Assembly: GCF_902713615.1 (NCBI RefSeq)
Contig: NC_052159.1
Location: 146,712,728 to 146,776,727, forward strand
Direction: 5' to 3'
Length of the DNA: 64,000 nucleotides
Source: Scyliorhinus canicula
Taxonomy: Eukaryota
The notes below the pieces were generated by a model that saw only the letters and a program-made list of their open reading frames with translations, was not told the origin of the DNA and did not search any database. The position numbers and the translations under genes were made by a program. Positions 60,931 through 64,000 of the stretch are shown here, piece by piece (within the stretch, counting starts at the first letter, position 1; every line of letters starts with the position of its first letter).

Positions 60931-61280
60931 GCAGCATGGGCAGCATGGTAGCATAGTGGTTAGTACAGTTGCTTCATAGCTCCAGGATCCCAGGTTGGAT
61001 TCCCCGCTTGGGTCACTGTCTGTGCGGAGTCTGCACGTTCTCCCCGTGTCTGCGTGGGTTTCCTCTGGGTGCTCCGGTTTCCTCCCACACTCCAAAGATG
61101 TGCAGGTTAGGTGGATTGGCCGTGATAAATTGCCTTTAGTGTCCAAAAAGGGTGGGGGGGGGGGGTTTACTGGGTTGCGGGGATGGGGTGGAGGCGTGGG
61201 CTTAAGTAGGATGCTTTTTCCAAGAGCCAGTGCAGACTTGATGAGCCGAATGGCCTCCTTCTGCACTGTAAACTCTATGA
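60931..61280 (+). mobile_element. V-SINE (HE1-like), full length
   Basis: Head, V domain, CR1-type tail. Confidence 0.9.
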
Positions 61281-61889
61281 ACAAGAAGCTGCGGCCAAAT
61301 GGTCATTCCCCAGAATTTTCTTACCTATCTCCCGTGATCACGTCGTTGTCCAAAATTGCTTTTAGCACCTTCTTGAAGGAGTGTACAGAATCAGTCCCTC
61401 TCTTGCTGTTCTACCTGTTCATCACCCCTTGACAAATATATCTTTTGTGTGCATCCAACCCGACTCTCAGCTTTCTTAGCTTAAATGGATGCATCGAGTT
61501 CCCATCAGTTCAAACACCCTACCCCCTTGTATATCATTGACGCCTCTTAAGAGTAGAGTCAGATTTCCCTGTTTGTTCTTCTTCAGCTGTCCCAGGCTGT
61601 ACTGTCACAGCTGGTGCTGGATATTGTCCTGGTCAGGAGCAGCTAATGACACACTGCCAAGTTGTCCCTTCCTGCCACCCTTAGTTTTCATATGAATCCT
61701 GTCAGTATAACTGCATGCTTATCTGCATTGAAGGATATTTACCAGCATGAAGCCTATTTTCCCAATTCACGTAATGCGTTTCCTCAGAAAATCCTATGAG
61801 CACGGCCCAAAGTGATTTTGGCAAGTTCAAAGAGTATTGGGTTTAAACAATGCAATACCTTATTCAGGTATTGTTTTCTTTGCTTTCAT

Positions 61890-62280
61890 TTGTTCGCACT
61901 GTCTGGGCATTTCTGGATAAACCAGCATTTATTACCTATCCCAAATTGTTCTGGAGATGATGCTGGCGAGCCACATTCTTGAACAGTTGCAGTTGACGTG
62001 GTGTAGGTACAGCCACAGTGCTGTTTGGAAAGGAGTTCCAAGACTTGATTCAGCAACAGTAGAAGAATACTGATGTATTTCCAAGTCAGGGTAGTGTAAG
62101 GCCTGGAGGGGAGCTTACAGTTGGAGATGTTCCCATGTTCCCACTTTCCTTGGTCCTCTAACTGGTAGAGGTTAAGGGTTTGGAAGGTGCTATCGAAGGG
62201 ACCTTGGTGAGTTGCTGCAGGGTATCTTGAGGAATGGATGATTACTTCCACAGTGAACTGGTAGTGAAGAGAATAAATGT
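61890..62280 (-). mobile_element. CR1-clade LINE 3' end
   Basis: Same family as 13780-14030 and 1495-1850. Confidence 0.65.
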
Positions 62281-63054
62281 TTTGACCCTATTCCTTAGTA
62301 AAGAAATGTTCTGTAGCATTTGCTGATGGATGGATGCTGATGGATGGTGGAAGGAATAAGTCTTAATTACTCCTCTCTAAAATATTTCTGAAGAATTAGT
62401 TCATAATCCATTTCCCTTGGTCTTGCTAGACCTCCTTTGAGAAGTAAGTTTGTTGAATGTCCTTTCGAGACTTGATGCTATCTGGCATGTCAACTTGCAT
62501 TGAGTAACATTGCCTACAAATTACAACCTATACTCTCAATTATCAACAATTAATAACCCACAATCACCCTATTCATTATCCTTTTTGACACAAATTGAAA
62601 TTTTGCCTGAGGAGATTTTATTTTTGCTTTTCTGTCTGAATTCAGAGGGTGCAAATCGGGTTAGTCCTCTAAAGATGGGATCAAAGTGGTTGAAAGGAGT
62701 TCTTTCTCAAAACATATTTTGTGAAGAGCTTTGGGTATATTTTATTGGGCCAGTCAATGAGTGGTATATTAGAATACAGCACCTTAGCAGCTGAGTTTAT
62801 AGGTTATCTAAGATAGAAGATCAGAAATCAATTTTGTGACATAATGTGATTGTGCTTCTGATTGGTGCCATTTCTGAATAGTATAGTAATAGGATTTCAC
62901 GTACGTATTTTGTTTTTTTTTACATTGTTCCCATGTTTGGTGGTTGAATCACTTAATACTAACAGTTATATGGTGGGATTACCATATTATTGTGTATGGA
63001 AGTGTATGGGGCTTCCTATCTGACACAATGTTGTGCAATTGTACTGATTTTTGG

Positions 63055-63310
63055 TTGCACCATTGTTGGCAGAGCCTTTCGCTGCCTAGGCCCAAAGCTC
63101 TGGCAATCCCTTCATAAACCTCTCTGGCTCGCTACCTCTGTCCTCTGAGGTGCTCCTGAAAACCTATCTCTTTGACAAAGTTCTTGGTTCTTTCTGTTAA
63201 TGTAGCCTTACATGACTTAGTTTCATATCTTGCCTTATGACACACCGGTGAAACACCTTTGAAGATTTTACAGTATTAAAGGAATTGAATAAATACAAAT
63301 CATTGTTGGA
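63055..63310 (+). mobile_element. L2-like LINE 3' end
   Basis: 'cattgttggcagagcctttcgctgcctaggcccaaagctctggcaatccc...aaaacctatctctttgac'; similar piece at 8870-9060. Confidence 0.6.
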
Positions 63311-64000
63311 GCCTCATCATTGTTACAGTAACTAGGCATTTCTCCAAACAGCTTTATGAACCATATTTGAACCTCTTGACCTCTTACGACAGCTGTTATC
63401 TTTACAGTTCCTCACTGAGGAGCAAACATTTTATTGGCGATTAATGAAAAATGAATATTTCATTTGTTCAACAATCTATACTCTCAATCACCAATACAGT
63501 AGTTAATAACCTGGAATCACACCTGTTTAACAAACATTGAAATTTTCCAAGGGGATTTTTGTTAAGAAGGCATTGCAGCGCGAAATCATAGGGAGCTAAA
63601 AGGATTAGCCCACTAAAGATGTGTTTCAATAGCGCGTGACCCTATTTTAATTCCCATATACTTGCCCTATAATAATGTGCTCCAGATTGACATTTACAAG
63701 TGAAGGGTTTGAGTACCATCCTTTGAATAATGTCTAACTGATATTACTCCCAGGGAAAATGATTGTAATAAAGCATGCGCTGTCTATTGGGAAATAAACT
63801 ATTAGAAATTGCTCAGTTGCAACATGTGATAAGTAGTATAATAATAATGATGAAAATGCATATTTTCTTGTAAATAGCAGCCGGCTTTATCTGTCAAACA
63901 CGCTCACTGCTATGATGCCCTTATTATGCTCAAAGGCAAACAGTCACAGGATGGGAGAAATTAGGAAGAAGCAGCAGTTAAGTATCGAGGACCATATAAA

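Noticed and set aside
1-64000. CRISPR arrays, rRNA genes, prokaryotic operons or an endogenous virus env gene
   Set aside because: No regularly spaced repeat-spacer array, rRNA or env-like ORF seen; the content is vertebrate TE-rich DNA.

Overview
Repeat-dense vertebrate genomic DNA. It is most likely a shark (catshark-like), inferred from HE1-type V-SINEs, CR1/HER1-like LINE tails and Deu-domain SINEs. No host protein-coding gene could be identified; there are only a few low-confidence candidate exons. Main contents: (1) a young, full-length, G-rich LINE-1 (43875-49703, + strand, 17-bp TSD) with intact ORF1 and an ORF2 broken only by a 1-nt frameshift near its C-terminus, inserted exactly into the RNase H domain of an older Gypsy element; (2) a near-complete Gypsy element (32475-37374, - strand) inserted in a SINE, with its 5' LTR collapsed to 25 bp; (3) a five-layer nest at 23022-32073 (Harbinger > Gypsy > L1-like > solo LTR > CR1 tail) in which most layers are bounded by readable TIRs or TSDs; (4) Penelope fragments carrying minimal hammerhead ribozyme motifs, one with an intact core; (5) many SINEs showing head/tail module swapping, Harbinger-type MITEs with 3-bp TSDs and a hAT MITE. 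Almost all Gypsy remnants lie on the - strand. All calls come from reading the sequence by eye; no searches were run.
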